IMG/VR virus record: IMGVR_UViG_3300044852_000033 | Location: 1 to 43,850 of that record | Reading direction: 5' to 3' (one strand) | DNA length: 43,850 bases | Origin: a virus | Taxonomy: Duplodnaviria > Caudoviricetes | Position numbers and translations under genes: made by a program | In this document: positions 9,501 to 16,932 of the stretch, one piece after another | Layout of the letters: each line of letters opens with the position of its first letter | Position numbering within the stretch: the stretch's first letter is position 1 | Notes under the pieces: model-generated | The model's input: the letters and a program-made list of their open reading frames with translations, nothing else | Database searches by the model: none | Told to the model about the DNA's origin: nothing

Positions 9501-12037
9501 CGGCGATCGCCAAGCAGCGCGAACTATTGAACCATTACCTGTACCGCGAAGCAGTGAAGGCGCAGGCCGAAGTCGAGGCGATCCGCAAGCACGCGGCCGA
9601 CCTGCAAAAGCCGAGCGCCCAGCAGCGTTTCGGCAAGGCCGGCGCCGACTACCTGGACCAGATCAATGGCCTACTCGAGCGCTACGAATTCAAGCGCGTC
9701 TCGGGCGCGCAGCTGGACCGCCGGGCCAGCCTGAAAGCCTGGTATGACAAGCAGGTCGAGCAGGGCTTCGCGCCGGCGATCGCCGAGGATCTGCTCGAGG
9801 CGGCCAACACCGTCAATTTCAAACAGGTGCCGGTCGACGAACTGCGCGCCGTGCGCGATGCGCTCTCGTCGATCGAACACCTGGCCGGCCTGAAAAACAA
9901 GCTGCTCGCCAAGGGCAAGAAAATCGCCTATGAGGACGGCATTGCCGAACTGATCGAAGCGGCGGAGAAAAACGCCTCGTCGTTCGGGAAGGGCACGCCG
10001 TTCGCCTCGCAGCGCTCGGGCTTTACTGCAGCGGGAGACTGGGCCAGCAACGTCGGCGCCGAGCTGCTGCAAATGGAAGCGGCGCTTGACGTGCTCGATG
10101 GGCAACGGGCTGACGGTCCGTGGCACCGCTTCATCTTCAACCAGGCCAGCGATTCGCAGACCGCGTTCCTGGAGATCATGGGCAAGATCGGCAAGAACGT
10201 GCAGGCGCTGGTCGAGGCGCATTCGGTCAACGGCAAGATGGACGACAAGTTCGCGACGCCCCTGTCGGCGAAACCGATCACGCGCTATGAACTGATCTCG
10301 ATCGCCCTGAACGTGGGTAACGCGGCCAACTACGACAAGCTGCTACGCGGCATGAACTGGCAGCCGGCGGCGGTCGAGGCGGCGCTGGCGCGGCTGAATG
10401 GCGCCGACTGGCAATTCGTGCAGGCGGTGTGGGATGAGGTCAACGGCCTGTGGCCGGAGATCGCCGCGCTGGAAAAACGCCTGTCCGGGGTCGAGCCCGA
10501 GAAGGTCGAGGCGCGACCGTACCAGATCCGGGACAGTGCCGGCAACATCACGCACGAGGTCCGTGGCGGGTATTACCCGCTGGCCTACGATGCGCGCCAT
10601 TCGGCCGCCGGCGTCAAGCAGGAGACCGGGCCGCTCGCCGGGCTGACGGAGGCGGGCTATGTGCCGGCCACGACGCCGCGCGGGCACACGAAGGCGCGCA
10701 CCACGTTCGCGGCGCCCTTGCTGCTGGACTTCGGCCAGGTGCTGCAAAAGCACTTGACGGGCGTGGTCAAGGATCTGACGCACCGCGAATTCCTGATCGA
10801 CGCGAATAAAATTTTCAACGACCAGCGCATCCGGGCGCTGCTACAGGAACGCCTCGGCGACGCCTACGAAAAGCAGTTCATGCCGTGGCTGAAAGGCATC
10901 GCCAACGATGGCGGTAATGATTCCGTGGGACCGTTCGGCAAGTTCTTCGAGAAGGCGCGCGCCAGCACGACGACGGTGGCGCTGGGCCTGAAAGTCGGGA
11001 CGATGATGGTGCAGGCGGCCGGCGTGATGAACTCGATCGAATACGTGGGCGCCGGCTGGATGATGAAGGGGCTGCGCCAGGCCATGAGCGCAGGGCCGCT
11101 GTACGCCTTCCGTGGGCCGATGCTGGAGAAGGTGTTGTCGAAGTCGGGCGAGATGCGCCACCGCTTCGACACGCTGGACCGCGATATTCGCGACCGCCTG
11201 CGCGCGATCAACCAGGGCAAGGGGCAAAAAGCATTCACGGCCATCGAGCGCGCCGCCTTCATGGGCATTGGCTACGCCGACCGCATGGTCACGATCCCGA
11301 CCTGGCTGGGCCAGTACGAGAAGGCGCTGTCGCAGGGCATGGCCGAGGCCGAGGCAATTCACGCCGCTGACGGCGCCGTGCGCCGCAGCCAGGGCTCGGG
11401 CGGGGCGAAAGACCTGTCGCAGTTCCAGCGCCGCGGCGGCGCCTTCAAACTGTTCTCGATGTTCATGACGCCATTCGGCGCGCAGTTCGGGCGCATGTAC
11501 AAGGCCAAGCGCGACGTCGACCAGAAGGGCGCGAAGTACGCGCCGCAGGCGATCATGCAAGTGTTGATGGTGACGGCCATTCCTGCCGTGCTGGCCGACC
11601 TGATCGCCATGCGCGGACCGGACGAGTGCAGCATCGACGATCCAGCCTGTTATGCCAAGTGGGCGGCCGTGAAAGGCGCGTTTGCGATTGGCGCCCCATT
11701 CCCGCTGCTGCGCGAGGTGGGCAACTATGCCGAGCGCTACATCAACGGCAAGGCCGGCGCGCGCGACATCAGCATATCGCCGGTCGTCGACATGTTCGGC
11801 AAACTGACCCAAAGCGCCACACAACTGCTCGAGGTCGCGTTCGGCGAGCGCGAATTCGACGAAAAGCTCGGCTGGGATCTGCTGGAGAATTCCGGCTATG
11901 TGCTTAAATTACCAACAGCGCAATTCCGCATCACAGTAGAATACCTGAGTGATTTACTTGCCGGCGAGGAAGAACCAGAAAACCCCGGCGAACTGCTACA
12001 CGACATGGCGTTCCGCCGAAAGGAAAAAGATAAATGA
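3566..12037 (+). CDS. Giant internal virion/ejection protein (large polyvalent protein) with ART-like and HExxH zincin modules
   Basis: 2823 aa; NFWKWFG..LHHGS..GFYAT..DEYMVF (ART-PolyVal-like), VVHEFGH and HEQFARGFEAY (zincin-like), YHGG..WFS..YAEGYA; directly precedes the tail fibre. Confidence 0.85.
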   Translation: MADNKYDSLLDGANGSYGDLIDQQRKQSLQHSMNVASGRSPDVEAKLAKLAKQTGIPVEAIRLNQLDVEHAARVGAIPYDDLLKDKPATSSFLSQPDNAGLAHDDIDALSKMESTIGAIRGQSPSLSSYVSGVANSFVQGAKRAREGVRMQAADAYDALGLFSPQANERMRSDARSNISRANLEDANATPAFESSTARGIYGGVSSAARMLPGLAASVLTRSPAPVLASAGIQSETEAYGKYRARGASAGQALLGASGEAAVEVGTEMIPMGYLVNTFGKVGAGKFLTGLLAREVPSEQVATLAQDALDTAIANPDKTWGEYVAERPDAAYQTLLATVTQSAIFGGAHVTAHKIGHKMEQVQQAQQNADLMTALGQAATDSKLLARLPEKMREFIAKAKEGGPVADVLIPAEAFSTYFQTAGIDPALAAQEAGVKNYAEAMATGSDLSIPLEDYITSIARTEHHNALVQDMRFHPGEMTLREAANFEQNRDEIIQSFMDSTGEAEQDGGYNAIHEAMMGQLVGRFDRGTAESYATLYAKGITTLAERAGMDPLALHEKYGLSVNSPLPDVLTNAGTADIGIDPLLERLRAGDVPTDEQIFGERLTEFVRKNGGLTDEGGDLRAMDADKGNRPFQKNLIQLTGMHPDRMRQIAAEEGFLSDDTTTADFLDLLDQDLNGGGAYRQHGANAELLGLRELLGHIDDFLRNSGLDLSSMTNEQVRAAMEQASAQPAGEATQYDQGTEGRAAERRTRTIEVDGVRRPITNSRGQLIAPDFAGQMNFWKWFGNSQWVDEAGQPLVLHHGSANEFTEFDIKKVGTGKASGNDGYYGMGFYATPEQWRAGEYGPNVQDLYLRSETPFVMNGGDPVQAARELLKLDGFTDDQRALLEEHASGALEDEVMLTIDMLSQVFDPAKWAAGERADYGAKLTAILRAGGFDGVMVAEADAEGLDEYMVFDPEQVKSAVGNSGKFDPASPNILFQSEADVRDLIVTHNLTASNLLHANKMGGIAVPSLAITKNDTPLGSFGEITLMGSRDMADPKGYAKTQVFGADIYSPRYPSVEHEIDGKAKRAFDKKFSAMAERLGVSMPDTDDIERKAQETIERSLPVMAQFVADQGMEPTIVARAGSMDAARLARLEKFGLGPYMDKTSVFDLTNDPAFVKAAAAEMIDAYRNSGERGEVRAARLEKDEEAQYNMARDLAYKITADAKQRQRPEADKYATQSALEKQIAGAGLASKYQAYVADELAAMSQGERIFKGFSNSGKRQYTPHTLENVVKILKKELRGGENFNYGVGSLRAKFTPQFKTVAQIKKEKGRLVSAEQFEQVRKEIDDEFIAVGNAMKDGINMDTTVAILEDAPTMGLERAAAQYQIELSDEAKQKAAEFLTRLHHLPTEYFEAKILRDVSIAEFSGAIVPEGSSPEVLKVLADNGVTDIRFYKEGDDASRAEQVQQFERLFFQKAEDEKRGFIQFGADRKFSITLLEKADLSTVVHEFGHFWLEVLGDLASEGGQVREAAPAAAGMVRMYHGGEPRADHTGPLWFSRDRKYAEGYANKQGSGKVWYVDVPEAHPLVAPDTEFGTTPLTNIELPAELASQRQPLMQPAGDGQIAEDYQTLLAWFKVENRDGIAVEHHEQFARGFEAYLMEGKAPSAELRGVFQRFKAWMTLIYKKLSGLNVKLNDDVRAVFDRILASEDEIKNAAAEMGQVQIFATAADAGMTESEFAAYSKTVQAASTAARETLEQKLMREYSRAQKAWYKDERAKVKAEVDAEVSALPVYLAFEVLTGGKAPDGSTIKLNKADLVERYGAEYLKKLPRSSQRVYAVEGGYAVDLAAEVLGFDSADSLVESLVNMRPKKALIEAETDARMIEKHGDMRFDGTIADEALGAVHNEERATVLAAELRALRRKAREVRQVTNALDREDARQRNAMMDSVPPLAAIRSIAAGQIGQKQVRDLTPALYLTAEKKAARQAFELAAKGQYQEAAIAKQRELLNHYLYREAVKAQAEVEAIRKHAADLQKPSAQQRFGKAGADYLDQINGLLERYEFKRVSGAQLDRRASLKAWYDKQVEQGFAPAIAEDLLEAANTVNFKQVPVDELRAVRDALSSIEHLAGLKNKLLAKGKKIAYEDGIAELIEAAEKNASSFGKGTPFASQRSGFTAAGDWASNVGAELLQMEAALDVLDGQRADGPWHRFIFNQASDSQTAFLEIMGKIGKNVQALVEAHSVNGKMDDKFATPLSAKPITRYELISIALNVGNAANYDKLLRGMNWQPAAVEAALARLNGADWQFVQAVWDEVNGLWPEIAALEKRLSGVEPEKVEARPYQIRDSAGNITHEVRGGYYPLAYDARHSAAGVKQETGPLAGLTEAGYVPATTPRGHTKARTTFAAPLLLDFGQVLQKHLTGVVKDLTHREFLIDANKIFNDQRIRALLQERLGDAYEKQFMPWLKGIANDGGNDSVGPFGKFFEKARASTTTVALGLKVGTMMVQAAGVMNSIEYVGAGWMMKGLRQAMSAGPLYAFRGPMLEKVLSKSGEMRHRFDTLDRDIRDRLRAINQGKGQKAFTAIERAAFMGIGYADRMVTIPTWLGQYEKALSQGMAEAEAIHAADGAVRRSQGSGGAKDLSQFQRRGGAFKLFSMFMTPFGAQFGRMYKAKRDVDQKGAKYAPQAIMQVLMVTAIPAVLADLIAMRGPDECSIDDPACYAKWAAVKGAFAIGAPFPLLREVGNYAERYINGKAGARDISISPVVDMFGKLTQSATQLLEVAFGEREFDEKLGWDLLENSGYVLKLPTAQFRITVEYLSDLLAGEEEPENPGELLHDMAFRRKEKDK

Positions 12038-13650
12038 CCGTCAGTTCCATCCTGAGCCGCAACGACTACACGATCACGGGGGCGAGCGTCTACCCGTACA
12101 CCTTCCGCATCTTCGATGAGGGCGACCTGGTGCTGACGGTCGCCAGTGCCGCCGGCATCGAAACGCGCCTTGTGCGCGGGATCGACTATACGGTGTCGGG
12201 GGCCGGCTCGCGTAGCGGCGGCGCCGTCACCTTGTCCAGTCCGGCGGCGTTCGCCGGCTATGCGCTGGCGATCCGCCGGGTGCTGTCGACGTCGCAGGAA
12301 ACGGCGTTCCGCAATCAGGGGGCGTTCTTCGCCGAGTCGCATGAGGACGCGATCGACCGCCTGGCGATGGTCGACCAGCAGCAGCAGGAACAGATCGGGC
12401 GTGCCTTCCTGCTGGCCGAAACCGACCCGCCTGGCAACGAGACATTGCCGGCGCGCGGCGCCCGGAAAAACAGCCTGCTCGGCTTCGATGGCGACGGCAA
12501 GCCCGTCGCTGTCCCGCCTTCCTCGCAGTCGGCGGTCGGCGTGGCGCTCGAGCTGGAAGCGGTCAAGGCATCGGTCGAAACGTTCAACCAGATCAAAACC
12601 GGCGCCTTCTTCAAGGAAAACGGCGCCCGGATCAACCGCATCAATGACCGCCTGTTCGTCGGCAAGAGCGCAACGACCTACGACGGCAAGCAGGAGCCTT
12701 CCGTCAAATCCTGGGTCGGCACGCCATCGGTGGGCATTTTCGAGTACCTGGAAAGCAATGCCACCTTCGGCGCCTATGCCGAGCAATCGGGCATCGGCAT
12801 GTTTTCCGCCGGGCGCTCGTCGGACACGGCCGGCCTGGGGCTCGAGGTATCGATCGGCATGGCGACCTTCGTGCACAACGACCTGGTGAATGGCCTGGGC
12901 GGGGTCTGGAATTTCTACGGCACCGCCTTGCGCGAAGCGGGCACCAAGGGCTCGACCATCAATTTCGAAACCGACGTCGCCAACATGGGCGCGACCGTCC
13001 CAGTGTTCCCGGCGGCGATGTTCCCGCAAGGGTTGACTGCGGGTTTGTGGATTGCATCCGGTGGCGAGGCGACCAACAACCAGGCAGTCGGCACGGCCTC
13101 GGTCGGCCTGGCCCTCATCTCGAACGACGCCGGCCTGCATGGGCCGCGGGCGAAATTCGACAAGGGCATCGTCATCCATAGCGAAGCGATTCAGGGCTGC
13201 GATGGCGTCAACGGTTCCGGCGTGGCGCTTGCCATGGCGCGCGGGCATCAGGTCATGGTGTTCAACAACAGCAACCAGGTGATGTCGGAGATCGTCACCA
13301 CCAACAACACGGTCGGCGCCACCCAGCGCCTCGATTTCACCGACTACGGCCTGACAATCAAGGAGCGCTCCACCGACGCCGTGCAGTTCAAGGTCGAGCC
13401 GGTGGCGAACGCGGTCAACTTCATCGCCGCCAAGTCCGGCGCCGGGACGGACGCGCCCGGCTTCATCGCCAACGGCCCCGGCGCGAACATCAATATCCTG
13501 CTGCAAACGAAGGGCAGCGGCGTGCTGCAAGTGAACTACGGTTCGACCGCCGCCACGAACGCCGCCAACTTCGTCGCCGCGCGCATGCTGCCGTTCAAGG
13601 ACGGCAACAATATCCTCTATTACATTCCGATGGCAACCTCTATCTGGTAA
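12034..13650 (+). CDS. Tail fibre/tailspike
   Basis: T7 gp17-like N-terminal anchor (YPYTFRIFDEGDL...DYTVSG...HEDAIDRLAMVDQQ) followed by a Gly/Asn/Thr-rich beta region. Confidence 0.88.
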   Translation: MTVSSILSRNDYTITGASVYPYTFRIFDEGDLVLTVASAAGIETRLVRGIDYTVSGAGSRSGGAVTLSSPAAFAGYALAIRRVLSTSQETAFRNQGAFFAESHEDAIDRLAMVDQQQQEQIGRAFLLAETDPPGNETLPARGARKNSLLGFDGDGKPVAVPPSSQSAVGVALELEAVKASVETFNQIKTGAFFKENGARINRINDRLFVGKSATTYDGKQEPSVKSWVGTPSVGIFEYLESNATFGAYAEQSGIGMFSAGRSSDTAGLGLEVSIGMATFVHNDLVNGLGGVWNFYGTALREAGTKGSTINFETDVANMGATVPVFPAAMFPQGLTAGLWIASGGEATNNQAVGTASVGLALISNDAGLHGPRAKFDKGIVIHSEAIQGCDGVNGSGVALAMARGHQVMVFNNSNQVMSEIVTTNNTVGATQRLDFTDYGLTIKERSTDAVQFKVEPVANAVNFIAAKSGAGTDAPGFIANGPGANINILLQTKGSGVLQVNYGSTAATNAANFVAARMLPFKDGNNILYYIPMATSIW

Positions 13651-13654
13651 CCCC

Positions 13655-13825
13655 ATGACCTACGATTTCATTCTCTCCCAGCAAGAAGCGCAACTTGTCC
13701 TGGTCGGCCTGGCCGAATTGCCCCTGAAAACCTCCGGCGCGCTGTATTCGAAGATCCAGCAGGCGGCGATCGCGCAGGACCAGGCGCGCGCCGCGCCGCT
13801 GGCCGACCTGGAACCGGCGCCATAA
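13655..13825 (+). CDS. Small protein, possible tail fibre chaperone (56 aa, not in ORF track)
   Basis: MTYDFILSQQEAQLVLVGLAELPLK...LYSKIQQ; starts 4 nt after the fibre stop; genome-typical codons. Confidence 0.65.
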   Translation: MTYDFILSQQEAQLVLVGLAELPLKTSGALYSKIQQAAIAQDQARAAPLADLEPAP

Positions 13826-13895
13826 CGTGCAGGGTGATGGTAAACATCCATCGCCTATGTAATAATCCTCCTACACTAAACAACTGAAAGTAACC

Positions 13896-14303
13896 ATGCC
13901 CGACAGCGCCACCAGTAACGTCGCCGAACGCCTGGCCCGGATCGAAGTCGGCATGGCGAACATTCATCACCTGCTCGCGCCGCTGGCCGGCATTGGCGAA
14001 ACGATGGCCCGCATTCAGGAGCGCTCTGCCGCGCACGATAATCATATTGATGGCCTGCTCAACAAGCACGAGCGCAGCGAGCAGCGCGTCGCCGCCGTCG
14101 ATGCCGAAGTGCGCAAGTGGGTCAACCGCGGCGTCGGCGCTTACACCGTGGCCGGCGTGCTGGTGGCGGCGATCGCCTCCCTGATCTTTCGCACCGTGAC
14201 CGAATACGAAAGCGCGATCAAGACCAACCGCGAGTCGATCGTCAACCTCGACAAGCGCCTGACGCAAATGGAATTCAAAGCCCAGCACGAGGCGCGACCA
14301 TGA
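13896..14303 (+). CDS. Single-TM coiled-coil membrane protein, holin/antiholin-like
   Basis: Hydrophobic GVGAYTVAGVLVAAIASLIF; ATGA-coupled to the endolysin. Confidence 0.55.
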   Translation: MPDSATSNVAERLARIEVGMANIHHLLAPLAGIGETMARIQERSAAHDNHIDGLLNKHERSEQRVAAVDAEVRKWVNRGVGAYTVAGVLVAAIASLIFRTVTEYESAIKTNRESIVNLDKRLTQMEFKAQHEARP

Positions 14304-14716
14304 ACCGCGCCAAGCTGATGGCGCAGTTGGAAGAAGATGAAGGCCGGCGCAAGATCATCTATACCGATTCGGTCGGCAAGATCACCGGCGGCGTCGGGCG
14401 CAACCTGACCGACCGCGCGTTCTCGGACGACGAGATCGACCTGATGCTGAAAAACGATATCGACATGGTGGAGCGCCAGCTCGACCGCACCATTCCCTGG
14501 TGGCGCAAGCTCGACGAGGTGCGCCAGAACGTGATCGCCAACATGGCGTTCAACATGGGCGTGCCGAAGCTGCTCGGCTTCTCGATGACGCTCGACCTGG
14601 TGAACTCGGGCCGGTTCGACGCGGCCGCGCAGGAAATGCTCAGATCCAAATGGGCGGCGCAGGTGGGCGACCGCGCGCTGCGGCTGTCCGCCATGATGCG
14701 GCGAGGGACCTACTGA
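14300..14716 (+). CDS. Endolysin, T4-lysozyme-like
   Basis: EDEG...YTDSVGKITGGVGRNL (E-x8-D-x5-T), NMAFNMG, EMLRSKWAAQVGDRA. Confidence 0.92.
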   Translation: MNRAKLMAQLEEDEGRRKIIYTDSVGKITGGVGRNLTDRAFSDDEIDLMLKNDIDMVERQLDRTIPWWRKLDEVRQNVIANMAFNMGVPKLLGFSMTLDLVNSGRFDAAAQEMLRSKWAAQVGDRALRLSAMMRRGTY

Positions 14717-15129
14717 TGAACCCACTACTGTTCTCCGTCCTCGGCAACCTGCTCGACCGCATCCTGCCGGACCCGAAGGCATCGGCCGAAGCAAAATTGA
14801 AGGTCATGGAAATGGCGCAGGCCGGCGAGCTGGCGCAGCTTGACGCCGAAGTGAAGCTCGCCACCGGACAGATCGAGGTCAACAAGGTCGAGGCCGCCAG
14901 CGAGGGCGCATTCACCCGAAATTGGCGGCCGTTTGTCGGGTGGACCTGCGGCGTCGCGCTCGCGTTTAAATTCATTGGCGGCCCCTCTGCCGTCGTCCTG
15001 ATGGCGATGCTCGGCCATCCGATCACGCTGCCCGAATTCGACTTCTCGGAAATGTCCACCATCCTGATCGGCATGTTGGGCTTGGGAACATTAAGGTCGG
15101 TAGAGAAGATCAAAGGTGCAACGAAGTAA
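14716..15129 (+). CDS. Holin, GTA-type 3TM family-like
   Basis: LLDRILPDP...QIEVNKVEA...WRPFVGWTC...GMLGLGTLRSVEK. Confidence 0.8.
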   Translation: MNPLLFSVLGNLLDRILPDPKASAEAKLKVMEMAQAGELAQLDAEVKLATGQIEVNKVEAASEGAFTRNWRPFVGWTCGVALAFKFIGGPSAVVLMAMLGHPITLPEFDFSEMSTILIGMLGLGTLRSVEKIKGATK

Positions 15130-15130
15130 G

Positions 15131-15159
15131 TTGCCAAAAGAGAACAGCCCGCGTATATT
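15131..15159 (+). promoter_or_regulatory. Sigma70-type promoter inside an inverted repeat (15137-15173)
   Basis: TTGCCA-17 bp-TATATT; repeat arms AAAGAGAACAGCCC / GGGCTGTCTCTTT. Confidence 0.65.
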
Positions 15160-15164
15160 AGGGC

Positions 15165-15221
15165 TGTCTCTTTCATGGTTCCTTTTCGGCACCTTACGCC
15201 CGCTACCCGCGGGCTTTTTTT
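15165..15221 (+). ncRNA. Candidate ~55-nt small RNA
   Basis: Lies between a near-consensus promoter and an intrinsic terminator; pyrimidine-rich 5' part complementary to RBS/ATG regions. Confidence 0.5.
15198..15221 (+). terminator. Rho-independent terminator
   Basis: GCCCGC-N5-GCGGGC followed by T7. Confidence 0.88.
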
Positions 15222-15225
15222 CGCC

Positions 15226-15367
15226 TAGCGTGCGCGCCGGTCCTGGCCGCTCCTTCGCTCCTTCAACAGCCAGCCGAACAGCCGGCGCCAGATTGTCGGT
15301 CCCACGCGCCGGCCGCGGTTAGGGCAGGTTCTCCCTGCTGGCAATCGCTTGTGCAGCACTCAACCAC
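15226..15367 (-). pseudogene. Possibly frameshifted small Cys-rich gene
   Basis: One frame reads VVECCTSDCQQG and another continues RTCPNRGRR...WRRLFGW; one missing base would join them into CCxxxCxQGRxCP. Confidence 0.35.
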
Positions 15368-15446
15368 ACGCGTCTTCAATTGCCACTCCCGTTATTGCGC
15401 GCCCACGCCTCAAAACCTGCGCGGTACTGGTCGGTCGGTTCGGTGC

Positions 15447-15785
15447 TCATGCTGGCTCCTTAATCTCAGCAGCAAGCGCAACTTGCACGGCGGCGATGAT
15501 GCGCTCTAGGTAAACCTGTTCGCGCTTCGCCTCGACCACGCGCAAGCCGCTTAGGCCGCACATCATGTTGCTAACGATGTAGTCAGTGCCGCATCCGACG
15601 AAGAAGCGCTCAACGGTCTCGCCGCCCATGGCGAACCATGCCGCCGTCCACGCGCGATCCCAGCAGCGAATAGTGATGCGACCCTTGCCCGGCGCGTAGT
15701 TCACGATGAATACGTCAATTGGGTCGACGCCTGGCGCTTCGATGACCAGCATGCGAACGCTGGCGGTGGTATCGGTGATCTTCAT
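15447..15785 (-). CDS. Hypothetical protein
   Basis: 112 aa, AGGAAAG RBS, overlaps upstream stop. Confidence 0.75.
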   Translation of the reverse strand: MKITDTTASVRMLVIEAPGVDPIDVFIVNYAPGKGRITIRCWDRAWTAAWFAMGGETVERFFVGCGTDYIVSNMMCGLSGLRVVEAKREQVYLERIIAAVQVALAAEIKEPA

Positions 15786-16063
15786 GGTGCTTTCCTTTCT
15801 GCGCCTACCGGCTCAGCCCGGCGAAATGCGCGTAGATAAATGCGGGTCAATCGCTTGAGAACTTGTTCCGCGCGCTCGCTACCGTTGTGGTATGAACATG
15901 GCAAGTCCTCGCGCGGCGATCCAGGCAATTCGTCGTGGTCGCAATAATCACAGGCGCATCGCTCCTTGATCTTGCTGCGCGCCGCTGCGCCCGCCGCCGC
16001 CCGCGCGGTCAGGTATCGCCTGCCGCCTGCGCGGTAGACCGTTGCTGCTTCGGCCTGAATCAC
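15782..16063 (-). CDS. Hypothetical protein (93 aa, Cys/His cluster)
   Basis: GTG start overlapping the upstream TGA, AGGAG RBS. Confidence 0.65.
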   Translation of the reverse strand: MIQAEAATVYRAGGRRYLTARAAAGAAARSKIKERCACDYCDHDELPGSPREDLPCSYHNGSERAEQVLKRLTRIYLRAFRRAEPVGAERKAP

Positions 16064-16311
16064 AGCTCTTTCTCCTTTGCGCCTACTGGCGAAGTAGATG
16101 GGGCGGCATAACGCCAGTCGCGCACTTGTGTCCAGTCGATCTTGGCGTAATCGCGATCCATGAGGCATACGCCATTAAGCAGGATTACATCGAGCAGACG
16201 CGCGGCGTCTGGCTGGTCGTCTTCTGCTAGCTTCTTCCAGCCTTCCGGCAGATCGCCCGGTGCGGTGGTTGCGGTAAATTCAGGCGATCCGTTGTCGTTT
16301 TCAGTGGTCAT
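16060..16311 (-). CDS. Hypothetical protein
   Basis: 83 aa, tightly packed in the leftward operon. Confidence 0.6.
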   Translation of the reverse strand: MTTENDNGSPEFTATTAPGDLPEGWKKLAEDDQPDAARLLDVILLNGVCLMDRDYAKIDWTQVRDWRYAAPSTSPVGAKEKEL

Positions 16312-16314
16312 GGC

Positions 16315-16932
16315 TCAGTCCGTGATTTCAACTTGATAGGCCAGCAGCGCAGCGTAGGCGCGCGGGTCGAGGTTATCCCTGTACTGCTCGGCGACGCGGC
16401 GGAGCAATGCTTCTTTGCCCGCCTTGTAGGCCAGGAATGCGGCCTCTGGCGTGGTATGCGTGCCGAGGCCAATCTTCACGCCACTGTTGTTAACGCGCGC
16501 CTCGTACTTGCCATGTGTTCGCGCCTTTCTGACGCCAACTGGTAACTCGCCCCGGCGGCTGGCGTTCGTGATAATCAGCGAGTTGATGCGCAGCGGCAGA
16601 AACACGCAGAATTCTGGCCCGTACACACGATTGCCCTTGCACAGCAAATCCTTATCGAGCTGGGCATCATCGGCATCCCATCCAACCTGCTGCATTGCCC
16701 AGGCTGCGAAATCTGCGAACCGGACGAATGCAGGATCAACGCTGGTCCCTGCGTAGGATGGGCGCTGCTCGATGTACTTCACGCTGGCGCGCTGGAGCAT
16801 GCTGTTCCACATGCGATAGACGCGCGGCAGGTGCGGCGCATCCGTCATGCAGAGAACACGCGGCTCGTAAATGCCGATGCCGCACACCTTGCCGTAGCCG
16901 GACGACTCCCGTTTCGTGAGCACCTTAGCCAT
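16315..16932 (-). CDS. HNH-type homing endonuclease-like protein with AP2-like C-terminus
   Basis: WNSMLQR...FADFAAW...LDKDLLCKGNRVYGPEFCVFLP..IN...LPVGV...LGTHTTPEAAFLAY. Confidence 0.8.
   Translation of the reverse strand: MAKVLTKRESSGYGKVCGIGIYEPRVLCMTDAPHLPRVYRMWNSMLQRASVKYIEQRPSYAGTSVDPAFVRFADFAAWAMQQVGWDADDAQLDKDLLCKGNRVYGPEFCVFLPLRINSLIITNASRRGELPVGVRKARTHGKYEARVNNSGVKIGLGTHTTPEAAFLAYKAGKEALLRRVAEQYRDNLDPRAYAALLAYQVEITD

Noticed and set aside
12034-15130. BPP-1-like diversity-generating retroelement at the tail fibre
   Set aside because: No reverse transcriptase ORF, and I saw no second copy of the fibre 3' end that could be a template repeat.
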